From positions 32,001 to 96,000 of IMG/VR virus record IMGVR_UViG_3300027708_000026: a stretch of DNA of 64,000 nucleotides; one strand, given 5' to 3'. How positions within the stretch are numbered: position 1 is the stretch's first letter; every line of letters begins with the position of its first letter. The position numbers were made by a program, and so were the translations under genes. This document shows, in pieces, positions 1 to 11,224 of this stretch. Source of the DNA: a virus. A model generated the notes under the pieces. That model ran no database searches and was not told the DNA's origin. It was given only the letters and a program-made list of their open reading frames with translations.

Positions 1-3000
1 AACTAGCATCAATCTCTTGACACTTGTTAGGTCCACTAAATCTTCTTGGCCGTATATCTTATCCCAACCTTTGATATTCTGATCAACATTATTGAAATAG
101 TATATAGAACTTGCTATCGATGCATTATCGTATGCAGGTGCTCCTACTATAAATCCTACAGAATCAAGTACAATGCTTCGACCAAAATTCGTGCCAGGTA
201 CTAGAGATACTGTGTCAATCTCTTCAGCTACTACAAATCGTTCATTATATCTATTATACAGATAAACAATACCGGAGTTATCAATAGTATCATAGAAATA
301 AGTTGCTGCTGAATCAAAAGTAAGTTTAGTATCATCAAATCCCACTGCAACCCTAACTCCAGATCCCAATGTTGAAACGATTAATGAATCGTTCGATGGA
401 TTAATATCGATATCAATACCAAATTGTAAACCTAGTGTAACAACTGGATTAGTGATCGTTTGATCTAATACGAATGTTCCATTTTTATTCTTGTATATGT
501 AAACACTACCTAATGTATTATCATAATTTACATGTTTTGGAGCCGATACAAATAGGTATGTTCCATCCGACGATACTAAAGTTTTATGTCCAAATTCCGA
601 TGTAACTACACCATCGAATGTAATTTGTTGTTTGAACGTCAATGCAGATCCGTTATAAGAATATATTCTTACAAAGCCCGCGGTATTCGAATTTCCAATT
701 GCACTCATTACAACTATTGATGCGTCATCCGAACCGCTAACGCTATATCCCCACTGAGTGCCCTGTGTTATTCCAGGGACAGTAATCGTAGAAATTAAGG
801 AAGATGTTACTGTATTTGTCGAATTAATCTTGTAAACATATACTGTTCCAGTATTATTGGTTATTGTACCAGGTGCACCTACTACTAGTAATTTATTGGT
901 AGAAGTGTTGCGTTGAACATATAAGGATGATCCGAATCTTGCATAATCAACTGGAGACGGATTTTTAATTATCAGTTGTTCGCTATCTATGCCGGCAGTA
1001 AAGTTAAGTGAACTAATTTTTACAAGGCCGCTCTCAACATATGAAGATGTGGTCGCGGCCGCCGGAGCGCCAGCAAATATCAATCCGTTGCCTGTATTGG
1101 AGAATTCGATGTCGTCATAAACTACGGAATATCCAAATTCGGCAGAACCAGTCAATGAATGTGATGATGTCGATGTGATTTCATCTAGATAAAAGAAAAA
1201 TTCACTTATAAATCCAGTTGGTATCAACGTATATACTAACACTTTACCGTGCTGTGTAGATAAATTAAATCCAGGAGACCCAACCACAACTATATTAGAT
1301 CCGTTGCGCTTACTGATACTCCAACCTAGTTGTTGATCCGATATGCCGCCAGTACTGAATGACCCATATGTATCGTAATTGCTTCTCTTCTCATAAACTG
1401 CCCATTTTTCCGAATTATCAGTATCCACCCAAATTTTACTGCCCTCTGATAATTTCAATATTTCTTTATTTTCAGGGAGAGCATCAAAATTTTCAAACCT
1501 GGCACTGGAGAATTTGAATAGATTACCAGTTACACCTTCTGTATAATTTACAAAAGTCGATGACGATGCAACAACAAAGCTATTAAAAGTCGGAATTTCT
1601 GTAACTGCATAGACCCCATTAACTGTTGGATCATAATCAGATATTGATATTAGGTCGTTAACTTTTAATGTGTGATATGTATCAGTTATGACATTAATAC
1701 CAGTTCCGGCATCATTAATAGATACCGTAGAAATAATTGCATTGATCACGGTATATCGATAAACATCCCAGCCTTTTGTTTCAGAAAAGCCAACCCAAAT
1801 AGTATCGCCATCGGCAAATTTTAGTGAACTAGCAATAGTAGCTAATGAAGAATTATTCAATGTCGTGTATGTAACATCATCCAGACGAACATACCCTGCT
1901 GTAGGCAAAATAAAACTATTATCTAGATATGTTCCAGTAGTAACCGGGAAAGTTTTTGAACTTACATAATTGTCAGGAACGATTTGCCAAGTGGAGGCCG
2001 TACTATAATAACTTAGATTATTGATTGTAAGGACTGGGGCGGTGTCAGTCAATACTACAATTTGAGGATTATCAACAAACTTGCCTTCTTCTAATTGAAG
2101 TTCTAATTCTTGATATGTAGTATAAGATCCGTATTTTCCAATCCTAAATGCCCATTCTTCGTTGTAGGTAAAATTACCTTGATAGTTGTGTATAGTAGAT
2201 CTTGCTAATTTAGATATAGCATTCTGCGTACCTTTTTCTTTGATAAACCCTTGATAGAATTTATATTGAGAAGTAGGATCAACAATGATATTGTTTAGGT
2301 AAGGTCGTGGCGAATACCCAGTTAAATGCTGTGCTAATTTTTGTTGTGTTTCATCGAAATTATTAATGTCTAAATTATAAAAATCGTTAAATTGATTTAT
2401 TTTATAATCAAGATTTGGAATCAATCCCGGAGTGGGTTTACTTAATAGAATCTTCCAATCATTAAAATTAAATGATGTAGTGCCAATTAGACTGGTCTTT
2501 GCAGAATAATAATTCCCTGAATAAAATACAGTTGATCCTGCTCGATAATCAGTGAACTGCTGCCAGTTAGCTATTTCAGCAGTATCATAGAAAAAGCCTG
2601 GACTGAAATAATCACCGTTCCAGTTGGATGTCCTAAATCCGTTTAATAACATCCTCTTCTGATAAAAACCAGTTTCAACACTATATATGACATCACCGAA
2701 AATAGATTTATTGTTGAAAATTATCCCATGCTCTTTTTGTATAGATCTAAAAGTTGCAAAATAAATTCCTTCAAGATTAATATTACAGGTAATCGTACAT
2801 ACACCGTTATCACGGGTGACTGCTATTTTATTCTTGGGTATTATTCCGCCGCTGGAATTTAAAATTTTATAGTCATAAAAGTCATCAAATATATTATTGA
2901 CCACTGACTGTGGATAGCTATATTGAACTTTGTTAGCGAACGGACTTAGTGTGATTATATTATTGTTACCCCAGTTCTGAGTTGTCCAAAATAGAAATTC

Positions 3001-6000
3001 CTTAGCTGAAAAATTCCAATCAATAGATTCGCCAAAATCACTGTTAAAATCATCAAATGTAAATCCTTGATCTTTTAACCATTCTCCGTATCCTACAATT
3101 AAATCATAAACATCCTGGGTCGATGAAAACTCAGTTCCATAAGGAATTGACACTGATTTATTTTTATTAAATCGAGTGGCCACTTGAACTGTCGCACCAC
3201 CTGTAAGTGGCAATGATGGCAATTTTTGATAATAAGAAAGATTGAATGACGATTCAGATCTATGAGATGAAGTAACAATATAATAAGAGTTTTCATACTT
3301 GACTATTTGACCCTGACTATAAAAAATTTGTGTAGGTGATGATTGTGCCGTAGCAGTATCTGCTGAATTTAATCCACTCTTGCCAGTTGTAGACGATGCG
3401 GCCCATGTAACATACGGTGACGAAACTCCGCCAATATTGAGGGTGGGAGAATTAGAATTCCTAACGACTGGATATGCATTAAAGTAAGGATTTTCTAAAT
3501 CGTAGCCTTTTATTAGATAATTTCCATTAAATCTCTGAATTATCAATCCAGATATGTTGATAGATTTAATGGGATTACTGGTATTTAGAATTAACGAATA
3601 ATCATCTTTCGATAAAAGTGCTCCCGGGCCTGTAGATATGGGATCGATAGCATCAACAGTAATTTCTAAAGAATTTTTAGTGACAAATCCGCCGACTTTG
3701 TGAAATAATTTATAATCAAAATATTTTATATCAGATTTGATCTCGCTGATATAATCCTTATTTCTTTTCAGTCCATTTTCTATAATATACACACTATATC
3801 CAGCTGTTAAAGTATTGATATCTTCTGGTATAATAATATTTTTGATATTTAAAAATTCATTGGTTGATCCATAGGTCCATTGGTCGGATCTATTCTTAAC
3901 CATCCTGCTTACATCATACATCTTTGATGTATACTCTAATGGAGTAATTAATGCTATCAGTTTCTGTAAAGCAAACGGCCAATGGCTACTTCGTCTCCAA
4001 GCAGTCTCTGCTGGCCCTTGATCTCCAAAATTCCAAAATTCTCTAACAGTACTTGCAGTATAGTTAGTTACTAAAAAACTAGAAGGATCAAGCAAATTGC
4101 CAGAATCATCTACAGGTATGATTTGACTTAGCCTATGTCTAATATAATTTGGATTGACGATGCCATTTATTCTACCTGCTTCAATATCATCCCACATGAT
4201 TTTATTGCCTGAAGTATATGGTTCGACGCCATACTTAGAATTCCACCATGTGGGTTTTTCTGATAGGCCCAACATCTCCCAAGGATGAGTGTGAGGACGA
4301 TCTGTATCATAGAAGTATTTGTATATTCCCCTCCAATATCCATTTACTTCGGAATAGTTAAAACTAGTATATGATGCTCGATAATTCCATGTGAACGGAT
4401 TATCCTGATTAAAAGAAGTATTAGTAGCAGGGTCTATTCCATATGTGCCGGTCCATTTGACAAAGTCACCCAAGAGAATTTTGGTTATTTCGTCCGATGG
4501 GTATTTGGACTTCCTAAATGCGCCTGGCAAAATACTATTTGGATCTAATAGGCCTGATCTATAGTCTATCTTGATATTATTGTAAATTCTCTTTTCAAGT
4601 TCTAAAATTATATCATCTCGATAATCGTTGTATGCAACAAAAATACTACCGTCATGACCTTGTATAACCATAGTGGGGGTTGCATAGGTGTTATCTAGAT
4701 ATTTCAACGGTGTAAATTTAGGATATAATCCCAACTTGGTAGGAGTTGGGGGAATATAACTACCAGTGGTATCAGGATAATATTTTACTAAAAGAACATC
4801 CCCTGCAGATAAGGCAGCTTTTACTCGAATCTTAGAATCAACATACTCGAAATTATAATCGATATTATATAATAGTTGATTATCGTTGAGATATACTAGA
4901 ACTGATTTGGTGCTTAGTACTGTAGGATCGAAGGCCGCGCTTAAAGAGTACAGTGTATTTCGACTATCAGTGACAGTCCATTTTCTAGTCACTGAATTAG
5001 TTCCATAAGCTAACATATCTGATAGATAATAAGAATCTGTGTAGTGCCTATTTGAATTCATGGCCAACAAAACTGTATCCACTGCATCTGCCGGACTTAA
5101 CTGAGAATCTATCGAACTCAACCTATATAAGAATCCCGACTTAAATTGAGCATAGTCATCGGCAGATTTAGACAATGCATCTATAACACTATGCTCTTTC
5201 TTACCTAAAAATATTTGAGGGAACAATATTGGTGTTCCATTGGATATTAATCTAGTACCGTATTTTGATATGTTCGATATGTCTCTTAGATTACCAACTC
5301 CCGGGAAGTCGCCATAAAATTCTGATGATTTCTCAACCATGCTGGCGACATGCTCTTGTATATCAGTTAGAGTCATCTTGCTGATAGGACCGTTCAATGG
5401 ATTGTTAGTTAGGCTCAACGGCAATTCATAGGTACCAGAATTATTAGGAACGCTATCAGAATAAATTTTTAATAATACATTTGATCCTGAAGGAATATTA
5501 CTTATAAAATCGACATATGCAGATTTTCCTTCGATATTAACAGAATATTGACTTGGGTTAATTTTTTTAAAGTCGATAGAAACATCAACATCAAAATTGA
5601 TAATCGAAGGATCATCAAATACATTGATTTCAATTCCTGAAACAGAATACGGTGTAGTGATAAACTGTAAAATAGGAATGCGACTATTTTCAATCAACGT
5701 CCAAACATTTTTAAAACTATCCCCTGCGTCTGAAGAGAATTTACAATAAGTGCTGGCAGTGGGCACCTCTATATTAGTTGAGCCTACTGTAACTGTAATA
5801 GACTCAGTAGTGAAATGGTTAGAAAACAAATAACTACCAATTCCCTGATTAGCCGATTTAAAATCTAAGGAAAACCCTAAAACTGTATCAATAGGACCAG
5901 TTCCTATTGAATATCCAAAAATTTTGTTACCGCTAAAATTGCTTATGTACTTGCTATAACTTTTTCCATCTTTATCAAAAAGATCAAATAACGGAGATTG

Positions 6001-7263
6001 ATTGATATAGGTATGCTGTTGGGAATAGACCCACTTGTCCCCATTAAACCGCCAGCAACTACCACTATATGTCTGACCTTTTAAAATATCCACACTATAA
6101 TCTAATGAAGGTATATTATCAGTTGTGGGAATTAAAGATATCTTAGAAACACCGTTATAGGTATTAAATGATACCTGATATATCCTTCCCCTGACAATAG
6201 GATCTAAGTCTGCATTAAATATCACTCTCTGACCAGATTGTATCGACTCCCCATCGATATAATATCCCGGCGATCCTTCTACTATACTAAATGCATCTAA
6301 GGTAGTATTGTCGATATAATCAACATTTTTAATTCCCATTGATCCAAAATTAAATAATTTTAAGTCAGCAGCAAATTCAATGATCGGGCGACGAGCTCGG
6401 TTATTCGACGGATATTCAGCTTGCACACCATTCGCAGTAGCAGTGGCAGATATCACATCTTTGTGAACCCACCTATTGTATCTAGACCAAGGATTCAAAT
6501 TACGGCTAGCTCGATTTATGGTGATATACTCAGGTGTTATCGGAAGTGTCTTATCACCGTCAAACGGATAATCATCGAAGTTACTTGCATCAAAGTTTTC
6601 ATTGTATATGGTAGAAACAATTCCCGGGGTCGATAAGGAATCATAATCTATCAACTTAATTGATGTGCCAACGCCTTCGACAAAAAATTGTTTGTTTTGA
6701 TAATCTTCAGAAATTTTCAAACCAGTGAATTTTACCAGCATCCCATTAGATAAAGAAATGCTAGATAAATTTGAAATAAAACTATAAACTACTTTTCCAA
6801 CAATATCTGATTCTACTACTAGATTATTATCGTTAATTAGGATAGCATCGGGACCGGTTACCAACCAAAAATATTCTTGATAGTTGATCAATTTATCCCA
6901 GTCTATATGAGGATCATAGGAATACATTTCCCCGTTGAACAATCTATCTAAATTATCAGTTATACCACCTTTGACTGCAATTTCATTATATAGATCATCG
7001 TAACTAACAACATCTTGTACATCATTATCGGAATTGTTGATAACTAATGCCGGTGATATTTGATATTTTCTAGTGTCTGGAATATATTGATCGCTGGTTG
7101 AGATATATGTAGGAGTTACTTTAGTTCCAACGTAACCACTGATCCGCTCTATCTGAGTAGGCTGTATTAACTGATCTAATGTGCTAGATAAAAACTTTAA
7201 ATTTTTATCTGTTTGTAGATACGTTGGTAATAAATCAATTGAACGGAATGTAGATGTTGTCAT
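1..7263 (-). CDS. Giant virion structural (baseplate-associated) protein, >2421 aa, 3' end beyond the window; contains a 7-repeat FG-GAP beta-propeller region
   Basis: Not in the ORF track because it has no stop in the window. ATG at 7263-7261, 2 nt after the gp6-like stop; manual translation starts MTTSTFRSIDLLPTYLQTDKN and is in the same open frame at ~60-1380 and at 1-60 (KIYGQEDLVDLTSVKRLMLV). The middle was only spot-checked. Confidence 0.85.
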   Translation of the reverse strand, partial: MTTSTFRSIDLLPTYLQTDKNLKFLSSTLDQLIQPTQIERISGYVGTKVTPTYISTSDQYIPDTRKYQISPALVINNSDNDVQDVVSYDDLYNEIAVKGGITDNLDRLFNGEMYSYDPHIDWDKLINYQEYFWLVTGPDAILINDNNLVVESDIVGKVVYSFISNLSSISLSNGMLVKFTGLKISEDYQNKQFFVEGVGTSIKLIDYDSLSTPGIVSTIYNENFDASNFDDYPFDGDKTLPITPEYITINRASRNLNPWSRYNRWVHKDVISATATANGVQAEYPSNNRARRPIIEFAADLKLFNFGSMGIKNVDYIDNTTLDAFSIVEGSPGYYIDGESIQSGQRVIFNADLDPIVRGRIYQVSFNTYNGVSKISLIPTTDNIPSLDYSVDILKGQTYSGSCWRFNGDKWVYSQQHTYINQSPLFDLFDKDGKSYSKYISNFSGNKIFGYSIGTGPIDTVLGFSLDFKSANQGIGSYLFSNHFTTESITVTVGSTNIEVPTASTYCKFSSDAGDSFKNVWTLIENSRIPILQFITTPYSVSGIEINVFDDPSIINFDVDVSIDFKKINPSQYSVNIEGKSAYVDFISNIPSGSNVLLKIYSDSVPNNSGTYELPLSLTNNPLNGPISKMTLTDIQEHVASMVEKSSEFYGDFPGVGNLRDISNISKYGTRLISNGTPILFPQIFLGKKEHSVIDALSKSADDYAQFKSGFLYRLSSIDSQLSPADAVDTVLLAMNSNRHYTDSYYLSDMLAYGTNSVTRKWTVTDSRNTLYSLSAAFDPTVLSTKSVLVYLNDNQLLYNIDYNFEYVDSKIRVKAALSAGDVLLVKYYPDTTGSYIPPTPTKLGLYPKFTPLKYLDNTYATPTMVIQGHDGSIFVAYNDYRDDIILELEKRIYNNIKIDYRSGLLDPNSILPGAFRKSKYPSDEITKILLGDFVKWTGTYGIDPATNTSFNQDNPFTWNYRASYTSFNYSEVNGYWRGIYKYFYDTDRPHTHPWEMLGLSEKPTWWNSKYGVEPYTSGNKIMWDDIEAGRINGIVNPNYIRHRLSQIIPVDDSGNLLDPSSFLVTNYTASTVREFWNFGDQGPAETAWRRSSHWPFALQKLIALITPLEYTSKMYDVSRMVKNRSDQWTYGSTNEFLNIKNIIIPEDINTLTAGYSVYIIENGLKRNKDYISEIKSDIKYFDYKLFHKVGGFVTKNSLEITVDAIDPISTGPGALLSKDDYSLILNTSNPIKSINISGLIIQRFNGNYLIKGYDLENPYFNAYPVVRNSNSPTLNIGGVSSPYVTWAASSTTGKSGLNSADTATAQSSPTQIFYSQGQIVKYENSYYIVTSSHRSESSFNLSYYQKLPSLPLTGGATVQVATRFNKNKSVSIPYGTEFSSTQDVYDLIVGYGEWLKDQGFTFDDFNSDFGESIDWNFSAKEFLFWTTQNWGNNNIITLSPFANKVQYSYPQSVVNNIFDDFYDYKILNSSGGIIPKNKIAVTRDNGVCTITCNINLEGIYFATFRSIQKEHGIIFNNKSIFGDVIYSVETGFYQKRMLLNGFRTSNWNGDYFSPGFFYDTAEIANWQQFTDYRAGSTVFYSGNYYSAKTSLIGTTSFNFNDWKILLSKPTPGLIPNLDYKINQFNDFYNLDINNFDETQQKLAQHLTGYSPRPYLNNIIVDPTSQYKFYQGFIKEKGTQNAISKLARSTIHNYQGNFTYNEEWAFRIGKYGSYTTYQELELQLEEGKFVDNPQIVVLTDTAPVLTINNLSYYSTASTWQIVPDNYVSSKTFPVTTGTYLDNSFILPTAGYVRLDDVTYTTLNNSSLATIASSLKFADGDTIWVGFSETKGWDVYRYTVINAIISTVSINDAGTGINVITDTYHTLKVNDLISISDYDPTVNGVYAVTEIPTFNSFVVASSSTFVNYTEGVTGNLFKFSSARFENFDALPENKEILKLSEGSKIWVDTDNSEKWAVYEKRSNYDTYGSFSTGGISDQQLGWSISKRNGSNIVVVGSPGFNLSTQHGKVLVYTLIPTGFISEFFFYLDEITSTSSHSLTGSAEFGYSVVYDDIEFSNTGNGLIFAGAPAAATTSSYVESGLVKISSLNFTAGIDSEQLIIKNPSPVDYARFGSSLYVQRNTSTNKLLVVGAPGTITNNTGTVYVYKINSTNTVTSSLISTITVPGITQGTQWGYSVSGSDDASIVVMSAIGNSNTAGFVRIYSYNGSALTFKQQITFDGVVTSEFGHKTLVSSDGTYLFVSAPKHVNYDNTLGSVYIYKNKNGTFVLDQTITNPVVTLGLQFGIDIDINPSNDSLIVSTLGSGVRVAVGFDDTKLTFDSAATYFYDTIDNSGIVYLYNRYNERFVVAEEIDTVSLVPGTNFGRSIVLDSVGFIVGAPAYDNASIASSIYYFNNVDQNIKGWDKIYGQEDLVDLTSVKRLMLV

Positions 7264-7265
7264 TA

Positions 7266-10200
7266 TTAATTTCCACTGCTGGTTATAATTGATTTAGTGT
7301 TAAGTTGAGTCGATGTGACTGACCCAATTACTTGTATATCCAATGCCTGAGCACAACTTATAAAAATTTCATTAGTTTGACAAGAAATTTCATAAAAACT
7401 TCCAAAGTTAATTTTTGGATTTACTGGCACTATTAAAAAATTCGTAATGTCCGGTGTTAAAATATTCATGACGTATGCGCTGAGTTCACTAAAATAAAAA
7501 CTCTGTCCAAAGTCCCAGTTTTCTAAAGAGAAAAATGTATTGATTGCATTTAAAATTTTAGTAGTAATATCATGAGAACTTGCAGTACTTGTTGGACTTT
7601 GAACTGCTTTAAAAGTTGCCTGTAGATTTATATCAGCTGCTGACCCAAATAATAATTTATATTTTGCTGATTGAAAAATCATCTGATCACTGATGGCCTT
7701 AATTGGTTCTAAATATGATGCATAATTATTTTCTAAATTAGCACTAGTTAATGGTAGAGGTTTATAAATTTCAACAGCGCCATTCAATACCCAGTTTCTA
7801 AAAGATATATCATATCCGCTGGTTAGAAGGTAAACATCGATTATATTACTTTTGCCAGGATCAATTCGAGTTTCTTGTCCACTGTTATGTAAATATTGGA
7901 ATTTTAAATTTGATCTCCCTGGATATCCAATATAAGTAGATTCAGCTGGCCCATAAACCCAAGGAGTATTTAAATTAGCAATGGCTGTGCTATAACTGTT
8001 AACTACATTATATTCAGGGTTATAAAAATAAAATAAATCCCCATCAGAAGGCGATATAACCCCATTATCGATAGCTTTATTAGCTGCCGCAGGGGTTGGA
8101 TACGCCATGAACATTTCTGAATCAACCAGCTTATATGTCAAACTATCAGATTGAAGTTGAAAATATACAAATTTATCTAGATACCCAGTCACTGAATTGA
8201 TCGTATTACCTAAGACGATGTTATTAAAGGTATCAGGATCTAAAATCTGTCCAGCATTATTAAAATCGTAAAAACTTATTTTTACTTTCTTAGGTTCAAT
8301 ATATCCGTCCGGTTGTACGATAGAATTATCAATTTGCCAGAGATAATCATTATCTAAAGACATTGAAGTTGTGGTATTAAGAGTGTTAACTGATAATACT
8401 GTGATTTGATCTTTGACTATTGTAGCAGATGCAAAATCATAATTGATTGAATTTTTATCAACAAAAAATCCTGTTTGATTTTCACTTTCAAAGATGTAAT
8501 CAATCAATCGATATCTCACCAAGTAGCCAGTACCGGTCCAAGTAAATGCAATCAACCAACTGGCATCTCGATTTGCATCATCGACGTTATTTTGATAGTC
8601 TAAACTGAACGGATTTTTTAAATCCAAGTTGCTGTCAGCAATTACATTCCAAATTCTAGTTGTAGCATCAAATGATAAACCAAAATTCCGTTGTACTAAA
8701 CATAAATTAACTAGTTCTGTTTCAAAGGAGTTAGATAGAGATGACGCAAATACAGGAATTATTTCTACTGGTATTGCATCGCTACCTAACACATTTGCCA
8801 TAGTAATAGGGCCTTTGCCATTTGATAATGCGCCTGCTCCATTATTTGATCCATCACTAATTACTGTGATCACTGTGGACCATATATAATTTCTGGTCTT
8901 GTTGGACTTGTTAGATACAATAGTTCCATTGGGTAAGAAGTATTTGTCAGTAGGCGGAACAAATTTTATCAGAGCGCCTGATTTTACAAAAGATAGATTG
9001 TTGCTGGAAAAACTTCCAACAGCTACAGGAGTATTATTGATCGAGAAATACCCTTGGCTTTGTCCACCTAATTTATTGACCTGAACCCAAGTGGCCGATA
9101 ATGAATTTAGATCCGGTCTATGATATTGATCGATGTAAAAGGATCTAAGTGATGTTGAAGCTATGATAGGCTCTAATTTTGTCCTGATAACATTGTAGAT
9201 ATCACTCTGACTTAAAAAAGAAAATATAAAATTCTGCTCATTAGAATTTTTATAAACGATGCCATCGTCTGCAAATATATTAGTCTTGCTATACTTCCCA
9301 CTGACATCGCTAAGATCAAAATATTTGCTAACGCCGCTAGTTACCCTGGCCGTACTTTTAACTTTGAGTATTTCACTACCAATGCTTAGTGGAGCAATAT
9401 TATAATCCTCTGCGGTGATCATCCTGTTCTGCGTATAAAATGCTTTTGGTGCATTTGCTTGGATGCTAGCATTTGATTCTGGTCCTGAACTATTGTTTAC
9501 AGTATACTGTAAAGATAGGGTCAATGTTAAAACTTGGCCAACGCCGCTAGAATTGACATATGGTATATTAACAGTAATTCCAGAAAGATTTTCCGGCTTA
9601 ACAATGTAGCTTAGACCGTTGCTTTGTCGATAGTATAATGCAAATCTACCCTGTGGCAAATCTCCAAAATTCCCATCAGAGAAATTTAAATTAATCGCAT
9701 CATTGTTTTGTGTGCTTACACTATAAAATTTTCTAATATCAGAATTTAAACTATTGTATATAACATTGTTACCGGTCGTTGACGGAACCTGCGTCCACAT
9801 ATGAGTATGTGAATTGTCCAAGCCCAACTGCCATAACCATAGATCGGTATCATTGATACTGTTAACATTGACTCCGATTATTTCATTAGGTACAGGATTA
9901 TTAATTTCAAAATAACTAACTCCAGTAGCGCCCTGTTTGAAGTGGCAGAAGAATCCAGTATTCTGACTGGCGTTACCTTGATTATCATTTTGATATATCA
10001 CAGAAAATTGATTTCCTGGTTTAGGAGGTTCTTCATATATAAAAGATTTACCGGAAAATGTTGCGCCAACTACTTCGAAATTCATAGGAATACCGTTGAT
10101 ACTCTTGGAAAAAGAATATGTTGCTAAATCTGTATTGGCACTATTGATACGATATTGCTGAGTGAGTATTCCGTTGACCACTGATTGATCTGATGGTGTT

Positions 10201-10712
10201 CCAAAAAACGCCGGTGAAGTCAATGCCGAATTAAAAATTGAGATAAACTGCTGATTCCAATTGGCATTAGTTGAATCATTCCATTGTATAATAGCATTAG
10301 CTAGATTATTACCTGATGCATCAAAAACATTATCAGTAGTCGATATCGCCACAACTTTTAACAACCCGCTGGCAGGTATATTCCTCTTAGGGAAATAACT
10401 GATCAGCTGCGCCAACTGTAGTATGCTATCTCTTCGAGTCGCAGTCTCTAAGAAATTCTCACGGGCATTTAGATCAATACGGAAACTTAAATTTTGGCCT
10501 AAAAATGCAATCAAATCTACCAGTGCGATATATTCGCTGCTATCAACAAAATCATTAAAATCCTCAGGATAGTTTTCTCGGAGGTATGCTATTATGACAC
10601 GCCTTAATGTATCAAAATCATAACTTTGAAATTCTGCATTAGTATACGATTGGTACAGGGTTTTCCAATCTTCTGTCATGAGGATTTTAGAATTTGTTGA
10701 TGGAATAGTCAT
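7266..10712 (-). CDS. Baseplate wedge protein, T4 gp6-like (baseplate J-like), 1148 aa
   Basis: N-terminal DFDTLRR...DFNDF...LIAFLGQNLSFRIDLNARENFLETATRRDSIL and internal ESNASIQANAPKAFYTQNRMITAEDY motifs typical of gp6; next to gp25-like gene. Confidence 0.85.
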   Translation of the reverse strand: MTIPSTNSKILMTEDWKTLYQSYTNAEFQSYDFDTLRRVIIAYLRENYPEDFNDFVDSSEYIALVDLIAFLGQNLSFRIDLNARENFLETATRRDSILQLAQLISYFPKRNIPASGLLKVVAISTTDNVFDASGNNLANAIIQWNDSTNANWNQQFISIFNSALTSPAFFGTPSDQSVVNGILTQQYRINSANTDLATYSFSKSINGIPMNFEVVGATFSGKSFIYEEPPKPGNQFSVIYQNDNQGNASQNTGFFCHFKQGATGVSYFEINNPVPNEIIGVNVNSINDTDLWLWQLGLDNSHTHMWTQVPSTTGNNVIYNSLNSDIRKFYSVSTQNNDAINLNFSDGNFGDLPQGRFALYYRQSNGLSYIVKPENLSGITVNIPYVNSSGVGQVLTLTLSLQYTVNNSSGPESNASIQANAPKAFYTQNRMITAEDYNIAPLSIGSEILKVKSTARVTSGVSKYFDLSDVSGKYSKTNIFADDGIVYKNSNEQNFIFSFLSQSDIYNVIRTKLEPIIASTSLRSFYIDQYHRPDLNSLSATWVQVNKLGGQSQGYFSINNTPVAVGSFSSNNLSFVKSGALIKFVPPTDKYFLPNGTIVSNKSNKTRNYIWSTVITVISDGSNNGAGALSNGKGPITMANVLGSDAIPVEIIPVFASSLSNSFETELVNLCLVQRNFGLSFDATTRIWNVIADSNLDLKNPFSLDYQNNVDDANRDASWLIAFTWTGTGYLVRYRLIDYIFESENQTGFFVDKNSINYDFASATIVKDQITVLSVNTLNTTTSMSLDNDYLWQIDNSIVQPDGYIEPKKVKISFYDFNNAGQILDPDTFNNIVLGNTINSVTGYLDKFVYFQLQSDSLTYKLVDSEMFMAYPTPAAANKAIDNGVISPSDGDLFYFYNPEYNVVNSYSTAIANLNTPWVYGPAESTYIGYPGRSNLKFQYLHNSGQETRIDPGKSNIIDVYLLTSGYDISFRNWVLNGAVEIYKPLPLTSANLENNYASYLEPIKAISDQMIFQSAKYKLLFGSAADINLQATFKAVQSPTSTASSHDITTKILNAINTFFSLENWDFGQSFYFSELSAYVMNILTPDITNFLIVPVNPKINFGSFYEISCQTNEIFISCAQALDIQVIGSVTSTQLNTKSIITSSGN

Positions 10713-10730
10713 ATGATTTGCTCTATAGCG

Positions 10731-10737
10731 TATTTAT
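10731..10737 (-). promoter_or_regulatory. T4-type late promoter (ATAAATA) for gp6-like gene
   Basis: TATTTAT on + strand, 18 nt upstream of the start at 10712; T4 gp55 consensus is TATAAATA. Confidence 0.6.
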
Positions 10738-10758
10738 TGTAAGGATAAAGTACACATA

Positions 10759-11196
10759 TTATTGTGCAGTCAATCCCTTTTGCTGATCGAATGTCATCAA
10801 CAAATTAGCAGATTGATTACTGGCAGTGGCCACTAATGTGAGTTCAATCATATATCCCTGATCATACTCCCTAACGTTGATTTGACTTGGATGTATCCTA
10901 GGATCACTCTTACATATCTTAAGTATGTCCTCTTGAATTAACTGACGCGTGGCCTCAGTCAAGGGCTCAAACATTAGCGCCCAAATAGCACTGCCAAAAG
11001 TTGGATTCATAACCCGCTCGCCAGGTTTTGTGTTGAAATAATTGATAAGATCCTGCTTGATCAATTCAAAATCATATAGTTTATTGCCCGGGGTTTTAGA
11101 ATTTACTGTGCTAAATCCCACATAGAACTGAGTCTTTTTTTGTATTCCAGCGGCTGCTGGCGAGCTGTTGGAGATTGTGATATTCTTGTAGGGCAT
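10759..11196 (-). CDS. Baseplate wedge protein, gp25/GPW family
   Basis: LIKQDLINYFNTKPGERVMNPTFGS...LMFEP...DPRI motif of gp25 family; 145 aa. Confidence 0.9.
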   Translation of the reverse strand: MPYKNITISNSSPAAAGIQKKTQFYVGFSTVNSKTPGNKLYDFELIKQDLINYFNTKPGERVMNPTFGSAIWALMFEPLTEATRQLIQEDILKICKSDPRIHPSQINVREYDQGYMIELTLVATASNQSANLLMTFDQQKGLTAQ

Positions 11197-11203
11197 GGTA
11201 TAA

Positions 11204-11210
11204 TATTTAT
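11204..11210 (-). promoter_or_regulatory. T4-type late promoter (ATAAATA) for gp25-like gene
   Basis: TATTTAT on + strand, 7 nt from the ATG at 11196. Confidence 0.6.
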
Positions 11211-11224
11211 CCGGTAAAATTTTT

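Noticed and set aside
1-7263. Apparent 7-kb gene desert suggesting stop-codon recoding or non-coding DNA
   Set aside because: It is one minus-strand reading frame that leaves the window without a stop; elsewhere TAG, TGA and TAA all end well-formed genes, so the standard code fits
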